This document shows positions 27,968 through 38,578 of a DNA stretch of 64,000 nt, one piece after another (the first letter of the stretch is position 1; every line of letters begins with the position of its first letter). The notes beneath the pieces were generated by a model. The model saw nothing but the letters and a program-made list of their open reading frames with translations. It had not been told where the DNA came from and searched no databases. A program made the position numbers and the translations under genes. The stretch spans positions 21,743-85,742 of the IMG/VR virus record IMGVR_UViG_3300025151_000023, one strand, 5' to 3'. The stretch is from a virus.

Positions 27968-29541
27968 TATGTGCTTGATATGAATATAGGCATAGGCATT
28001 GTCATTTCTGTATCAGAATCTCTTAGCCTTTCAAAGATTTTATCATCCCAAGTTGCTACTGATACTGCCATTCTTACTACTAATAGTGTTGCCATCACAA
28101 GGTCATCATGTTCTCCTATTTTTGCACTAAAAGAATTGCCTGTTGCAACAAAATTTTTCAGTTCTGTAATTAAATTTTTAGATTTAACAGATAGACTGCC
28201 GCTCTCTAGCATCTGCTTAAATTTAGCACATGCGGCCATTTTTGAATTGTGTGTTGTGTTATAACCTTTGCGGAATCTACGCACATGTCCTTTTCTTACA
28301 GTTTCGCTCAATAAAACTCCAGGAATGTTTTCTTCGCCTATGTCAGCTATAGCTACTAAGCCAGCTTCACCTAGTGTGTTATTTTCAATTGAATAGTATA
28401 TTTCATTTTGAACGCCAACTGTGTTAGCAATTTGTTCTAGTATTTGCTTTAGTATCCTAACTTGACCTTGTATAGGTGTTGCATTGTGTTGCCATTCGGC
28501 TACTTGTGTCATCTCTGGCATTTGATACACTTGTATCGCGGCATAGTCGCCACCAGTACCCAGTGATGGATCTAATCCTACTAGATATGCTTTTCCTTTT
28601 TTAACAGTATCATACCATCGAACGTGACCATGTCTTTGCACCGGTTCAATACCTTCAAGTTCTGCCAGTTTGATTGGCTTAATTAAAGTTTCGTCGTAGA
28701 TTAGAAATTCACAATCATGCTCACGTCTAAAACGTTCTTCGCCAATTCTTGCACGTTCTTCTTTTGCCCATTCTTCAGTTCTATCAGGATGTTCTCTCCA
28801 CGAAGCATGAAAGGCCGCGAATCCATTTTTTCCTACTGGTAGTTCATTGCCATAGGCATCTTGCTTTTTGTTTGCTTCTTTCCATATTAGTGCAAATTGG
28901 TCTTCGTCTGAGTTTGGTGTTGACGTAATTATACACTTACCGCCTGTTGCTAGTGTGGGTGCTAGTGAAGTCCAGAATTCTCTGGCTTTGGAAGGTGGAT
29001 TTACAAATGCAAACTCGTCACAATATATTACAGAAAGTGACATACCTCTTCCTGTGTTTTCGGTAGTTGTAGTTGCTTTTATTCTTGAGCCATTGTCAAA
29101 TTCTAATGTGTTTCTGTTGTATGAGTAGGCACCAGCACGTAAAAAATCTGGTAAGTTCTCATAAACAAATCTCACTCTGTTCATGATGTCTTGTGCACCA
29201 GTAAATTTATGAGCCGCAATTAGTATTTGTGAATCAGGCACAAACATAGCATACCAAATCAAGTAAGCTGATGCACATGTAGTTTTACCTGTTTGCCTTG
29301 GCAACATTGCGATTGAGAAACGATTGCGATGATAAGTTTCTACCAAACCTTTTTGGTATTTGAACATTTCAAATTTCATTGAGCCTTTAGTAGGATGTTG
29401 TATCATGCAATAGTTTTGCATGAAGTACAATGGTCCAGTTTTAGGATTGATACACTTGTTTAGCTCAATAATTTGCTGTTCAGTATATTTTACTTTTGTG
29501 TGAGCTTTTTTGGTGAGATTGCCTTGTAAACTTTGTGCCAT
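27967..29541 (-). CDS. gp17: Terminase large subunit
   Basis: LPRQTGKTT (Walker A), YCDEFAFV (Walker B), ITSTPN, LDPSLG and HDDLVMA motifs. Confidence 0.95.
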   Translation of the reverse strand: MAQSLQGNLTKKAHTKVKYTEQQIIELNKCINPKTGPLYFMQNYCMIQHPTKGSMKFEMFKYQKGLVETYHRNRFSIAMLPRQTGKTTCASAYLIWYAMFVPDSQILIAAHKFTGAQDIMNRVRFVYENLPDFLRAGAYSYNRNTLEFDNGSRIKATTTTENTGRGMSLSVIYCDEFAFVNPPSKAREFWTSLAPTLATGGKCIITSTPNSDEDQFALIWKEANKKQDAYGNELPVGKNGFAAFHASWREHPDRTEEWAKEERARIGEERFRREHDCEFLIYDETLIKPIKLAELEGIEPVQRHGHVRWYDTVKKGKAYLVGLDPSLGTGGDYAAIQVYQMPEMTQVAEWQHNATPIQGQVRILKQILEQIANTVGVQNEIYYSIENNTLGEAGLVAIADIGEENIPGVLLSETVRKGHVRRFRKGYNTTHNSKMAACAKFKQMLESGSLSVKSKNLITELKNFVATGNSFSAKIGEHDDLVMATLLVVRMAVSVATWDDKIFERLRDSDTEMTMPMPIFISST

Positions 29542-29564
29542 GCTAATATTTACAGTTTGTAATT

Positions 29565-30167
29565 TTAGTTTTTAGCTAATTGAGAACCAGCAGAACCTGA
29601 CCAAGTTTCTGTACCTGTGCCTTTGCTGTGAATACCAATTTTATTTTTTTCATCTACTGGCATTTCGTATGGTTTGCCTGTTGCTTTCTCAGGAACTGGT
29701 CTTCCAGAATTTTTTCTATCAGTCATTAGTTCTTTAAACATAGTCATATTGTACTTGTCGCCAAATTTAACTTCTGGTTCGCCAGCATCTTTAAATTCTA
29801 AATCATTAAGTCTTGCTTCTTCAGGCATTTCAACTGGATCTTCAGTTTGATCCGTTGGCAGTTTTACCTTTAGATGATCTTGAGGTATACCAAATGTTTC
29901 TTGTAGCACTTGTTCTAATACTGCAAACTGCATAGGATAAGCCGCTTCAACATCATATATTGTAACTTCCTTGTTTTTCAGTCTTGGAAATTCATGTGGA
30001 TGTTCTTGTATTGGTGTAGCGCCTACTTTTTTAACACTTAAAGTTTCATATTTGCCCATTAAATCTTTAAGTTTTGCTTCAAATCCTTCTGGTAATTCGC
30101 CAGCTACTTTTATACGTGCCGCGTAGACTTTAGTTGCTTCTGCTAAAAATTCTTTGAATGTTTTCAT
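29565..30167 (-). CDS. Hypothetical late protein
   Basis: 200-aa ORF beginning MKTFKEFL, with a late box. Confidence 0.7.
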   Translation of the reverse strand: MKTFKEFLAEATKVYAARIKVAGELPEGFEAKLKDLMGKYETLSVKKVGATPIQEHPHEFPRLKNKEVTIYDVEAAYPMQFAVLEQVLQETFGIPQDHLKVKLPTDQTEDPVEMPEEARLNDLEFKDAGEPEVKFGDKYNMTMFKELMTDRKNSGRPVPEKATGKPYEMPVDEKNKIGIHSKGTGTETWSGSAGSQLAKN

Positions 30168-30172
30168 ACTTT

Positions 30173-30667
30173 TTATTTATCGTCTTTCGAATTAGCAAGT
30201 ATCTGTTGTATCAGCTCGTTCCTGTCTGCTATCACTGATCCAGTACCTGTGACTACATCTTCGTCTGGTTTATTGTTGTCTAATTTCATCTTTTTCAGCT
30301 GTAATTCTATCATTTTCAGCTTTTTATCAACTTTAGTATTTTTTGCACTTATGGCATTTTGCATCATAGACGACGCTACTTCTAGTATTCTACCTGCTAA
30401 TCTAGGTTCTATGTTCATGCCCAAATCAATAAGATCTTTGTATGTTTGAAATGATTCAGTTGCATATTTGTCTATATCTGCATCGTCTTCTAAACCTTCA
30501 ACTTGTGGCAAAGCAGAGTCTATTTTGTCTAAGCCTATTTTGGTTTTTATCAACGCATCAGCTTCTTTGTCGTCTTTTACTTGTTGTTCGTCATTTAAGC
30601 TGTCCACCATTTGTTCTGGTGTGTTGTCAGAATCTAGCTCAAACATTTCTTCTAATTTTTTCGTCAT
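30173..30667 (-). CDS. gp16: Probable terminase small subunit
   Basis: Helical/coiled-coil protein (RILEVASSMM...KKLKMIELQLKK...DRNELI) located near the large subunit. Confidence 0.6.
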   Translation of the reverse strand: MTKKLEEMFELDSDNTPEQMVDSLNDEQQVKDDKEADALIKTKIGLDKIDSALPQVEGLEDDADIDKYATESFQTYKDLIDLGMNIEPRLAGRILEVASSMMQNAISAKNTKVDKKLKMIELQLKKMKLDNNKPDEDVVTGTGSVIADRNELIQQILANSKDDK

Positions 30668-30673
30668 CTACTT

Positions 30674-31093
30674 TTATTTAAAGATATCTGACTCTGTTAT
30701 CACACGAAAGCGAATGCCTTTGCCTTTTGCCCATTTGTTTGCGGCTTCCCATTTTGCTCTGTTCACCACATAGGCCGCTTGGTTTTGTATATTCTTACCT
30801 ACAGATTCTAACTTGGCTTGGTTGTTTGGCTTTACTTCAATTAGTTCACCTCTGCGTTTTCCTTTGCTTTGATACACAATAAAAAAGTCTGGCACATAGA
30901 TTGTATTTTTACCAGTAAGCGGATGCCTATAAGGTATTTTAATAGACTCTGATGACCAACCTATTATTGCTGGATTGTTATCACAAAAACGCATAAACGC
31001 CCACTCCCATGAAGAACGGTACTTTGGTGTTTTTTTGCCTATGTACTTGTCTACATTTTTTGGCTGGAACAGTCCTTGCGACCACCTGTTCAT
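30674..31093 (-). CDS. gp4: Head completion nuclease (T4 gp4-like, TnsA fold)
   Basis: YRSSWE, WSSE, YVPDF, IEVKP and KWEAA motifs. Confidence 0.88.
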   Translation of the reverse strand: MNRWSQGLFQPKNVDKYIGKKTPKYRSSWEWAFMRFCDNNPAIIGWSSESIKIPYRHPLTGKNTIYVPDFFIVYQSKGKRRGELIEVKPNNQAKLESVGKNIQNQAAYVVNRAKWEAANKWAKGKGIRFRVITESDIFK

Positions 31094-31094
31094 G

Positions 31095-31502
31095 TTATGC
31101 CTTAATATTTCTATTGATATGATCTGCTGTATCTCTTGCCTGCTTGTAACCTAGCACAGATGTTTTGTATCGGTTTGCATTCAATATTTCAGCTACTAAT
31201 TGAGAAAGCACTACTGGTGTTGCTTTGCCTAGTGTGTCTAGTACTTGGAAGATCGGAACGTTGTCTGTCTTTGCCTGTTTGAGCAAAATGTATCCAATCG
31301 ATTGAGCTGATTCTCTGGTGTATTCTTTGCCTTCAAAAAAGCCTACCACAGCATCATATTCAGATGCACTAAATTCAACTCGCTCTTCCGATAGCCCTTC
31401 TAAAAATTGTACAATAGCTTTACTGTCAGTAGTCTTGCCTACTGCTAAATTGCTGAATAAAGTTTTTCCTTCAGCTGATGATCCACTTGTTCCGTATGCC
31501 AT
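31095..31502 (-). CDS. Hypothetical protein
   Basis: 135-aa ORF in the tail/head operon. Confidence 0.7.
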   Translation of the reverse strand: MAYGTSGSSAEGKTLFSNLAVGKTTDSKAIVQFLEGLSEERVEFSASEYDAVVGFFEGKEYTRESAQSIGYILLKQAKTDNVPIFQVLDTLGKATPVVLSQLVAEILNANRYKTSVLGYKQARDTADHINRNIKA

Positions 31503-32818
31503 TATTGTACCTCTAGTATTTTATTATATGTATCTTTGTCTACTGTGTAGTTTAAAATTCCCTGTTGTGAAAGTGTTTGTGCTTTTGTTGGCGCATCTGT
31601 AAGGTATGCATTTTTTTCATTAGTTGTAAGTTTTGCCCATTCTGTTTCTACATTGTTTACATCTAAATTTCTGTCTGTTTTAAATGAAATATATTTTGCG
31701 ATTTTTGTTTTGGCAACTGTATTTGCAGTAATGTATTTTTTGGCCTGTGCTGGAGTAAGCACAACTTCATTGCCAACTGCTTTGAATTTTGTTCCTGTGC
31801 TTGCAGTAACTCTTGTAGCTTTGCTTTCTTTTACTTTATTAATGGTATTTTTCTTTCTAATGTTTTGAGGAAATATTACACCAGGTTTTGAAGTTGCACC
31901 TAAATTGTTGTAACCGCCTTTGATTGCATCTTTAGCCAATCCAATAATTTCTTCTTCTGCACCTCTTATACCACTTCCATTTTTAATTTTTTCATAGGCG
32001 CCTGCCGCTGTCAATGCCGCACCAAGCAAGTTGCCTTCTTGTAATAAACCAACTGATTGTGCCGCACCAGTAAGTATACCAAATACAGAATCGCCACCAC
32101 TTCTATTTGGTGATGGGCTTTTGTCATAGTGGAATGTTGCAAAGCCTTCTGGGTCGGCACCAACAGCTCCATTTTTAATTTTAACCCCAGAATAACTTAC
32201 TGAAAATGTGTGAGAGTTTAGACCAGTGCCTGCGTCTTGTGCCATTGATCCGTTACTCCAATCATTAACTACAGGATTCATCATTTGATATTCTGTGAAT
32301 CTTTTTCTGCCCATTTGGAAAATTGATATGCTATTAAAAAATTTATTGTGTTTGGCAACATCTCTGCCCCATCTGCCAGCTTTACTAAAACCGTAACCTT
32401 GTCTGCTGTATCCTCCTTCTCCTATGTTTGGATCAACAATATAGTGTTGATAATATGATTTAAACAATGATGTTGCAACGTCTCCCATATCATCGTGTAG
32501 TTCTATTCTTACTGGTTGATATGTGATACCTGTTTGTGAATAATTTTTATAGTTGTATTGATTTTTAAGTTCAACGTTGAATTGGTATGCTGGTAAATCA
32601 GTGCTTTTTACGATCATGCCTAATTCAATTTTCTCACTGCCACCTAAAGCACTGCCTGATGCAAATCCATTAACATTAAAGTTCACGTGATATAAAAACT
32701 GATTTTTTGGTTGTAGCCTGTGTAGATCATCAGTGTACAAACGAGCGGCATGTTGATAATCTTTGAGGATATCGCCACCAACAAGTTGTTTAAGAAAATT
32801 AGAACGCCAGTTAGCCAT
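31502..32818 (-). CDS. Tail-tube-like baseplate/tube initiator protein (gp48/gp54-like)
   Basis: N-terminal tube-fold features (VKSTDLP...ITYQPVRIELHDD); lies directly downstream of the tube gene. Confidence 0.55.
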   Translation of the reverse strand: MANWRSNFLKQLVGGDILKDYQHAARLYTDDLHRLQPKNQFLYHVNFNVNGFASGSALGGSEKIELGMIVKSTDLPAYQFNVELKNQYNYKNYSQTGITYQPVRIELHDDMGDVATSLFKSYYQHYIVDPNIGEGGYSRQGYGFSKAGRWGRDVAKHNKFFNSISIFQMGRKRFTEYQMMNPVVNDWSNGSMAQDAGTGLNSHTFSVSYSGVKIKNGAVGADPEGFATFHYDKSPSPNRSGGDSVFGILTGAAQSVGLLQEGNLLGAALTAAGAYEKIKNGSGIRGAEEEIIGLAKDAIKGGYNNLGATSKPGVIFPQNIRKKNTINKVKESKATRVTASTGTKFKAVGNEVVLTPAQAKKYITANTVAKTKIAKYISFKTDRNLDVNNVETEWAKLTTNEKNAYLTDAPTKAQTLSQQGILNYTVDKDTYNKILEVQ

Positions 32819-32837
32819 TTGTAATATTTATTGTCAT

Positions 32838-32862
32838 AAAAAAAGCGCCTATTAAGACGCTT
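32838..32862 (-). terminator. Intrinsic terminator after tail tube gene
   Basis: AAGCGTCT-TAAT-AGGCGCTT followed by a T run. Confidence 0.8.
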
Positions 32863-32887
32863 CTTTTAAAATTGGGAGGAATTAAAC

Positions 32888-33514
32888 TTAAATACCGCCG
32901 CCTGTAACTGCTGTATTAATTGTTCTAGCTACTGCTGAACCGATGCCTGTACCTCTTGGAGTTTGTATTGCATTGTCATATCTAATAGACATTGTAATTT
33001 GTACAGGATCTGATGTTGCGTAAGCTAATGTTCCATATTGAACGTTGTCTAAGTAACAACCATATAGTTCATATGTTTCAAGTGTAGTTGGTGTATTAGC
33101 ACCGTTACCACCATCAAGTATTTCAATTCTTGATGTAAATTTGTAATCACTGCCTGAAGCCGCACTTGATTGTTCAAAGAAATCAAATTGTTTCTGTAGT
33201 TGTTCGCCAGTAAGTTTAGTTACTTCGTTGTTAACATCATCTCTAACGTTCAGCGTGATTGGTTCCCATGTGTGTTTACCAGCCATGTATACTCTTGAGT
33301 TGTATGCTTCAAGTGTAATTTGATCGAAAGTAATGTTTGGACGACTAACGTCTACTACTTGTTTTGTTATTTCTGATCTAGGAGTAGATACACCAAAGTT
33401 TTCCAGAATCACTCTAAAGCGATACTGTAATTTTGGCATCAACAAACCTTGAGAGCCTGATGACTGATCACTCGCTAGTGGGACTGTAAATTTTGATAAA
33501 GTTGATACTGCCAT
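32888..33514 (-). CDS. gp19: Tail tube protein
   Basis: PKLQYRFRV, AGKHTWEPITLNVRDD and IRYDNA motifs; follows the sheath gene; AGGAG SD. Confidence 0.85.
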   Translation of the reverse strand: MAVSTLSKFTVPLASDQSSGSQGLLMPKLQYRFRVILENFGVSTPRSEITKQVVDVSRPNITFDQITLEAYNSRVYMAGKHTWEPITLNVRDDVNNEVTKLTGEQLQKQFDFFEQSSAASGSDYKFTSRIEILDGGNGANTPTTLETYELYGCYLDNVQYGTLAYATSDPVQITMSIRYDNAIQTPRGTGIGSAVARTINTAVTGGGI

Positions 33515-33586
33515 TTTATTCTCCTACTATGAATATTTACTATCCATAATTTTTTTGTTGTTTCAAAACCTTTAAAGGCTAAGCCC

Positions 33587-36500
33587 TTAAATGCCTTGTT
33601 GTGCTATCTCTCCTGTATTTTTAAGTCTCACTGGTATAAAGATAAATTCAACTGCCTTAGTAGGTTCAATTGCTATATCAACATACAGTTCGTTTCTATC
33701 AATCCTAGCCGCTGTGTTGTTAGTTTCATCACATACAACAGCAAAGTCTGTTAAGGCTCTTTGTGCTGTAAGTTCTAGCATGAATGATTCAACTGCTTGT
33801 TTGATTTCATTTCTTGTTAATGAATCATTTGGTTCAAATATGAACGGTCTAGCAATCTTATCAAGATTTAATCTAACAAATGCTACTAGTCTTGCAACAT
33901 TCACTCTATCAAGTGCAGAAGCTGTAAGTTGTCTTGTTTTTTGTCCAAAACATACTAAGCCTGAACCTGTTACAAATGAAATTGGGTTTATATTAACTGA
34001 ATACAACGAATCTCTAATGCCTTCTGCAATAGCTTGAGTTTCAAATTCGCCTTCGCTGTTAATGAATCCTACGTTTGATGCGTTGTCAATTGCTCCACGT
34101 CTTATACCTGCTGGTGCAAACCATGGAAACGCCACTTGATCGTTAAACGCAATAGTTCTCATCATCATGTGTGATGGTGGAACAGCAATAGACTCACCAG
34201 CTAAACTAGTTGAAAGTCCTGATGGATAGTAAACCCCAGTAAATGAATTTGTTGTTAATAAGCCATCTTCGCCATTATCTGCCGCGCCTGCTGTGTTGTT
34301 AGCATAGTTTGTGATTGCAGTTGATGTAGGCTCTAATCTAAATGGAGTGTCCCCTAATACAAAAGCAGTTTCTTTTCTATCGCCGTTAAGTTCTTCCAAG
34401 TTAGTGATCAACTCTGGATAACCTGGAGCCGCTAACACATTAAATTCACGTTGCTCTTCTCTAAGTTCCGCAGTTGAAGTTACAGTTGATTTCATTGCTT
34501 CAACTATTACAGCTCTTTGTGCCTTTCTACCCATGAACGGAGTTCCGTCATTTTTTAAACCTGACTTGGTTACCCAAGCATCAGTTTCAGTTGGTAGTGT
34601 AGGATAAGTTGTTGTGCTTGGGAAGTTCGTTCTAGTAAAGTATTTTTTCTTGAACTCCTTAACATTGTAACCTGAACGTCTTAGGTTGAATCCTAACATT
34701 CCTTTTGGATATAGTGCTGGATCTGGCTTGTCAATATCAAGATAAGTTGAAGTTAACAAGTCTGTGATCAATGTTTCTTTTTGTATAACATCAAGTGTAC
34801 CACTTGAGTGATATCTAAAGTCAGCAAATAAAATACCATCCTGCGAAGTTTGGTCAGTGTTATCAATTAACACCCACTCTTGTCCATCGTTTTGTGAAGA
34901 ATCGTATCTGTAAATTTTTGGATAATTTTCTAAGTCACTAGTGTCTACCCAAAGATCACCATCAACAAGTGCTGTGCCATCATCTTGTAATGTTGGCTCA
35001 GTAGCTGAAAGAATTGGACCATCTGGATTTGCTAGGCTTAGGTTGAATCCTCTTGCATCTGAAGTTACATTTTGATAACCAGTCCATGCACTGCCGTCAT
35101 GTATTAGGATATCAACTTCATCAACCTGAGTTGCATACCAAAGTTGTCCGTCTTTAGGATCTTTAGTTGGTTCTGTTGTGCTTTGGAATGCAGTGAATGA
35201 AGTTACACCGGCATCGGGAGCATTTTCAACAGTCTTCCAGCTTGATGCAACAAAGGCAAATGTTCTTGATGCCTCGTCTGCTGTGCTTGAGCCATCGTTT
35301 AAGAAAGTGGATGAATAGTCATCTTTGTCACCTGCAGGTGCAACATACAAGTTCTCAATTTTCTCAGTAGTAAGATCTGAGTTACCACCGTATGTGTTTG
35401 CTTTTGCAGTGCCAAAACCAATGTCAGCCATTGCTGTACCACTTACATCTGAGAAGTAAATGTTTCCACCACGTGTGTGTCTTAGTTTAATTCTTTTTGA
35501 AGTTGAATCATATTCTGCTTCGACGTTTTCAAATCCTGCCGCCGCAATCGCTGTTACAAAATCATCTGCATCTTCGCCACCTATTGAAACAGTTTTTTGG
35601 TTCAATAAGTTTGCCGCAGTGTTTGAAGTTGCTCCAGTGTTAAGAACAGTCTCTGCCATTCTTATTGTGTCACCATCGGAGAAACCAGCCGCTGTTTTTG
35701 TAGTAATTTTGTTTGAAATAATTTCAGTAAATCCACCTACGCCAACATTTCTTTTGAACACGTTGTAATCAATTAATTCACCAGAGTCTCTAGTAGAATC
35801 GTTCCATTCATGTTCTGCTGTATTCACCTGCACAAATAAATCAGTTGTTGCTAAGTTAATACCACCACCTGCTTTATCTAATTGTTGTAATGCTTGCTCC
35901 TGTGTTTTGAACATAGGACAATCTTGTGTTTCAAATATACCATTTGTTTCTGAATATTTTTTCACAACAACGTCTGCACCACCGTTTGGTGTAGTAGTTT
36001 GGATAAACACCGAACCTGTTGGTTTTGGAGCATCGTCACTTGTTCTAAATCCATGGTCTTCTGTGTGCTGACCAATGAATACATTTGGTGCCGCATATCT
36101 GTTTGCTGTGCCTACACTGATGCCACAATCTGCAAACGGAGTGCCTGACGTGTCTGCAAGTTCAATAGCCGCTAATGCCAATGTTGATGAATCGTTTCCT
36201 GATGCAACTGGAATAGCGTAAAGCTCAAGTTTGCCATCTACTGCTTCTGCACTTACACCTTCAATACCAGCATTTTTAATATCTGTAGCAAATTCTGCCG
36301 CAGTTGTGCCTGATAGTGTAATTGAGTTGCCATTGACAGTGCAAGTTTCACTAGCTGTCAGCGTTGGATTGGACACAGTGCCAGTTACTGCCGGATGAGC
36401 TGAGGCCCAAGAAGCATCTTTAACTGCACTTCCAGCCGAACCAACTTGTACCCATGTGTTTGATCTTGTTTTGTAGTACAATCTGTTGTAAGGGGTAGTT

Positions 36501-37066
36501 GCCACAATCGCGTAATCACCAATTGATCCAAAATCAGTTGTTGGCGCAGTGCCTGTAACAAAGTCAGTGCTTGTAACATATTTTGGTGTTTTGATTGTGA
36601 AAGTTTGTGATGTTTTGTTCCACTCTTTGATGCCAAAAGCAGAACTTGAAAGATCTAACCAATAAAATCCATCATTAGGTGTGCCACCAGGTGCACCAGC
36701 TGTTCCGGATAATTCTGCTGTATCTATGTTTGCTCTGATTACAAACGCACGATTGGCAATACCGAGGAAGGAGTAAGCCGCCTGCAAGCCATATTCATTA
36801 AGTTCATAACCTTGTATAGGTGTTCCTGATGCATCCGAATAGAACGTCGGATTACCAAATGTTTGTGTTAATTCTCTTTGTGATGATATTAAAAATATTT
36901 CGTTAGCATTGGTGCTCAACGTTCCTGACGCTGTACCTGTGCCTGTGCCGGATGTTTTGTTTTGGGAAGTAGCCACTACAACTAGTGGTACTGCTCCTGG
37001 GATACCTGGCACGTAGAATGATTCGTCTACTACGGTAACCTCTACTCCTGGTGATATTAAAGCCAT
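33587..37066 (-). CDS. gp18: Tail sheath protein (1159 aa, large insertions)
   Basis: MALISPGVEV start; PWFAPAGIRRG, INPI, GQKT, DRVNVARL, VCDETNNT and EFIFIP motifs. Confidence 0.95.
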   Translation of the reverse strand: MALISPGVEVTVVDESFYVPGIPGAVPLVVVATSQNKTSGTGTGTASGTLSTNANEIFLISSQRELTQTFGNPTFYSDASGTPIQGYELNEYGLQAAYSFLGIANRAFVIRANIDTAELSGTAGAPGGTPNDGFYWLDLSSSAFGIKEWNKTSQTFTIKTPKYVTSTDFVTGTAPTTDFGSIGDYAIVATTPYNRLYYKTRSNTWVQVGSAGSAVKDASWASAHPAVTGTVSNPTLTASETCTVNGNSITLSGTTAAEFATDIKNAGIEGVSAEAVDGKLELYAIPVASGNDSSTLALAAIELADTSGTPFADCGISVGTANRYAAPNVFIGQHTEDHGFRTSDDAPKPTGSVFIQTTTPNGGADVVVKKYSETNGIFETQDCPMFKTQEQALQQLDKAGGGINLATTDLFVQVNTAEHEWNDSTRDSGELIDYNVFKRNVGVGGFTEIISNKITTKTAAGFSDGDTIRMAETVLNTGATSNTAANLLNQKTVSIGGEDADDFVTAIAAAGFENVEAEYDSTSKRIKLRHTRGGNIYFSDVSGTAMADIGFGTAKANTYGGNSDLTTEKIENLYVAPAGDKDDYSSTFLNDGSSTADEASRTFAFVASSWKTVENAPDAGVTSFTAFQSTTEPTKDPKDGQLWYATQVDEVDILIHDGSAWTGYQNVTSDARGFNLSLANPDGPILSATEPTLQDDGTALVDGDLWVDTSDLENYPKIYRYDSSQNDGQEWVLIDNTDQTSQDGILFADFRYHSSGTLDVIQKETLITDLLTSTYLDIDKPDPALYPKGMLGFNLRRSGYNVKEFKKKYFTRTNFPSTTTYPTLPTETDAWVTKSGLKNDGTPFMGRKAQRAVIVEAMKSTVTSTAELREEQREFNVLAAPGYPELITNLEELNGDRKETAFVLGDTPFRLEPTSTAITNYANNTAGAADNGEDGLLTTNSFTGVYYPSGLSTSLAGESIAVPPSHMMMRTIAFNDQVAFPWFAPAGIRRGAIDNASNVGFINSEGEFETQAIAEGIRDSLYSVNINPISFVTGSGLVCFGQKTRQLTASALDRVNVARLVAFVRLNLDKIARPFIFEPNDSLTRNEIKQAVESFMLELTAQRALTDFAVVCDETNNTAARIDRNELYVDIAIEPTKAVEFIFIPVRLKNTGEIAQQGI

Positions 37067-37163
37067 TTTGTTTACTCCTTTGTAAGTTGTTAATATTTAC
37101 CTGTCTACTGATAAATTATCCATATTTTTTAAAGGGGTCGGAAAGGCACGTATAAATATATGC

Positions 37164-37529
37164 GTGTTTAATGGAACAAATCATACAAGACCATTGTGTC
37201 AAGAGTGCAATAGTAAGCCTGCCGCCTACAATTATCGCCGTGGCGACAAAATATATTATAGAAAGAAGTGTGACTCCTGCATTAGAAAAACACATTCGTC
37301 AACTATTACTACACCAGCATGGCAACGAGCTGGATATGTCAAAGGTAAGTCATGTGAAATGTGTGGGTTCACTGCACAACATCCATATCAATTAGATGTG
37401 TATTATGTTGATGCTAACATGAACAACAATGTGCCTAGCAATTTAAAGACGGTTTGTGCAAATTGTAACAGATTGCTACATGTAAAGAAACGTGGATGGC
37501 GTCAAGGTGGTCTTACAGCAGATCGTTAA
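37164..37529 (+). CDS. Zn-finger / degenerate HNH protein
   Basis: Four CxxC motifs; LDVYYVDANMNNNVPSNLKTVCANC resembles an HNH core without the catalytic His; TATAAATA at 37151. Confidence 0.65.
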   Translation: MFNGTNHTRPLCQECNSKPAAYNYRRGDKIYYRKKCDSCIRKTHSSTITTPAWQRAGYVKGKSCEMCGFTAQHPYQLDVYYVDANMNNNVPSNLKTVCANCNRLLHVKKRGWRQGGLTADR

Positions 37530-38100
37530 TTTGTTTGTGTAGGTCTGCAATAGTACCATCATTTTTAATTGTGTTATTAAAATCGATGTTTGCCCATTTC
37601 CATTCAGAAGGATGTACATTTGTTGGTTCAGTGCCATTTCGCCTGTATCCTGTGAACCAGTCGGGATCTGGGCCACGTGCAACTCTCCACATGCGGCCGC
37701 CAAGCTCTTTAATTAGTTTGTCTTCATGTGTAAATCTAACATCTGCAATTACATAGTTTGTATTGGGATTATCAATTATTGTTTTCTTTAACAATATAGT
37801 CCAGGTGTGTATGTGAAATCCATCTCTCACCTCTGTGCCAAACTTTTGTAGCACATATCTTGGTGTGACATCGAAACCTAGTTCTTTTGACCAAAATTTA
37901 TCTGGTATTTCTCTCCATTTTCTGCTTTCGTCAGTGTCCCCCTCCAGCAGGTCACGTGGCCATTCAAATATTGCGGCTACACCGTCTTTAAGTTTATCTG
38001 CAAATTTAACACTTCTGAAGTTGTGATTGTTTATTAAATGATTTGCTACAGTGTCTTTGCCAGACCCTATCAGGCCAGCTATTCCTATAATTTTACGCAT
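37513..38100 (-). CDS. Deoxynucleoside monophosphate kinase (T4 gp1-like)
   Basis: IIGIAGLIGSGKDT, FADKLK, PRYVLQKFGTE, DVRF and HPSE motifs. Start at ATG 38100 after GGAGG. Confidence 0.88.
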   Translation of the reverse strand: MRKIIGIAGLIGSGKDTVANHLINNHNFRSVKFADKLKDGVAAIFEWPRDLLEGDTDESRKWREIPDKFWSKELGFDVTPRYVLQKFGTEVRDGFHIHTWTILLKKTIIDNPNTNYVIADVRFTHEDKLIKELGGRMWRVARGPDPDWFTGYRRNGTEPTNVHPSEWKWANIDFNNTIKNDGTIADLHKQINDLL

Positions 38101-38234
38101 CCGCCTCCGATTTGTCCGGTGCATTCTAGCCCATGCACGAAAAATCTTCTAGGTATATCGTGTTCAAACATTGCATAAGCAACAATGCCACAACAGACAA
38201 CTGCTATTATAATCGCCATTACATGTGTTCTCAT
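38085..38234 (-). CDS. 49-aa small membrane protein
   Basis: Manual translation MRTHVMAIIIAVVCCGIVAYAMFEHDIPRRFFVHGLECTGQIGGGCVKL; ATGA overlap with the upstream ORF. Confidence 0.55.
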   Translation of the reverse strand: MRTHVMAIIIAVVCCGIVAYAMFEHDIPRRFFVHGLECTGQIGGGCVKL

Positions 38235-38578
38235 TCATGCTCTCCACCTGGATCACCTGCAGGCAATTCGGTCTTTTTGCCATTTATCCACACAGCGCCT
38301 CTGGCTCTGTTGACAGAGTGATAGCCCCATGAGTATGAACTTTTAGTGAGCGTAAATGTTATCACAGTGGTAAAGATAGCAAGTAAAAGTATGAAGTGTC
38401 CAATTACTGTGATTCCAAACACAAACCAAGAACCAAAATATAACGAAAATGTAATACACCACATCCATGCAAGTATTTGCAGTATGAGATGTCTAACGTT
38501 TTGATCAGGTATGTGTTTGAGTGGATTTCTATCGGCATTCATTATGCCATTCCAGGCATCATGTATAAATTCTCGCAT
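38231..38578 (-). CDS. Hypothetical membrane protein
   Basis: Two hydrophobic segments; TTGACA-N17-TATAGT ends 6 nt before ATG 38578. Confidence 0.7.
   Translation of the reverse strand: MREFIHDAWNGIMNADRNPLKHIPDQNVRHLILQILAWMWCITFSLYFGSWFVFGITVIGHFILLLAIFTTVITFTLTKSSYSWGYHSVNRARGAVWINGKKTELPAGDPGGEHE

Noticed and set aside
27967-29541. Inteins or introns in terminase, UvsX, UvsW or portal
   Set aside because: Lengths are ordinary, with no C/S...HN splice motifs or frame breaks.
38085-38234. Apparent frameshift in the small ORF upstream of dNMP kinase
   Set aside because: Recounting the A5 run shows a continuous 49-aa frame.
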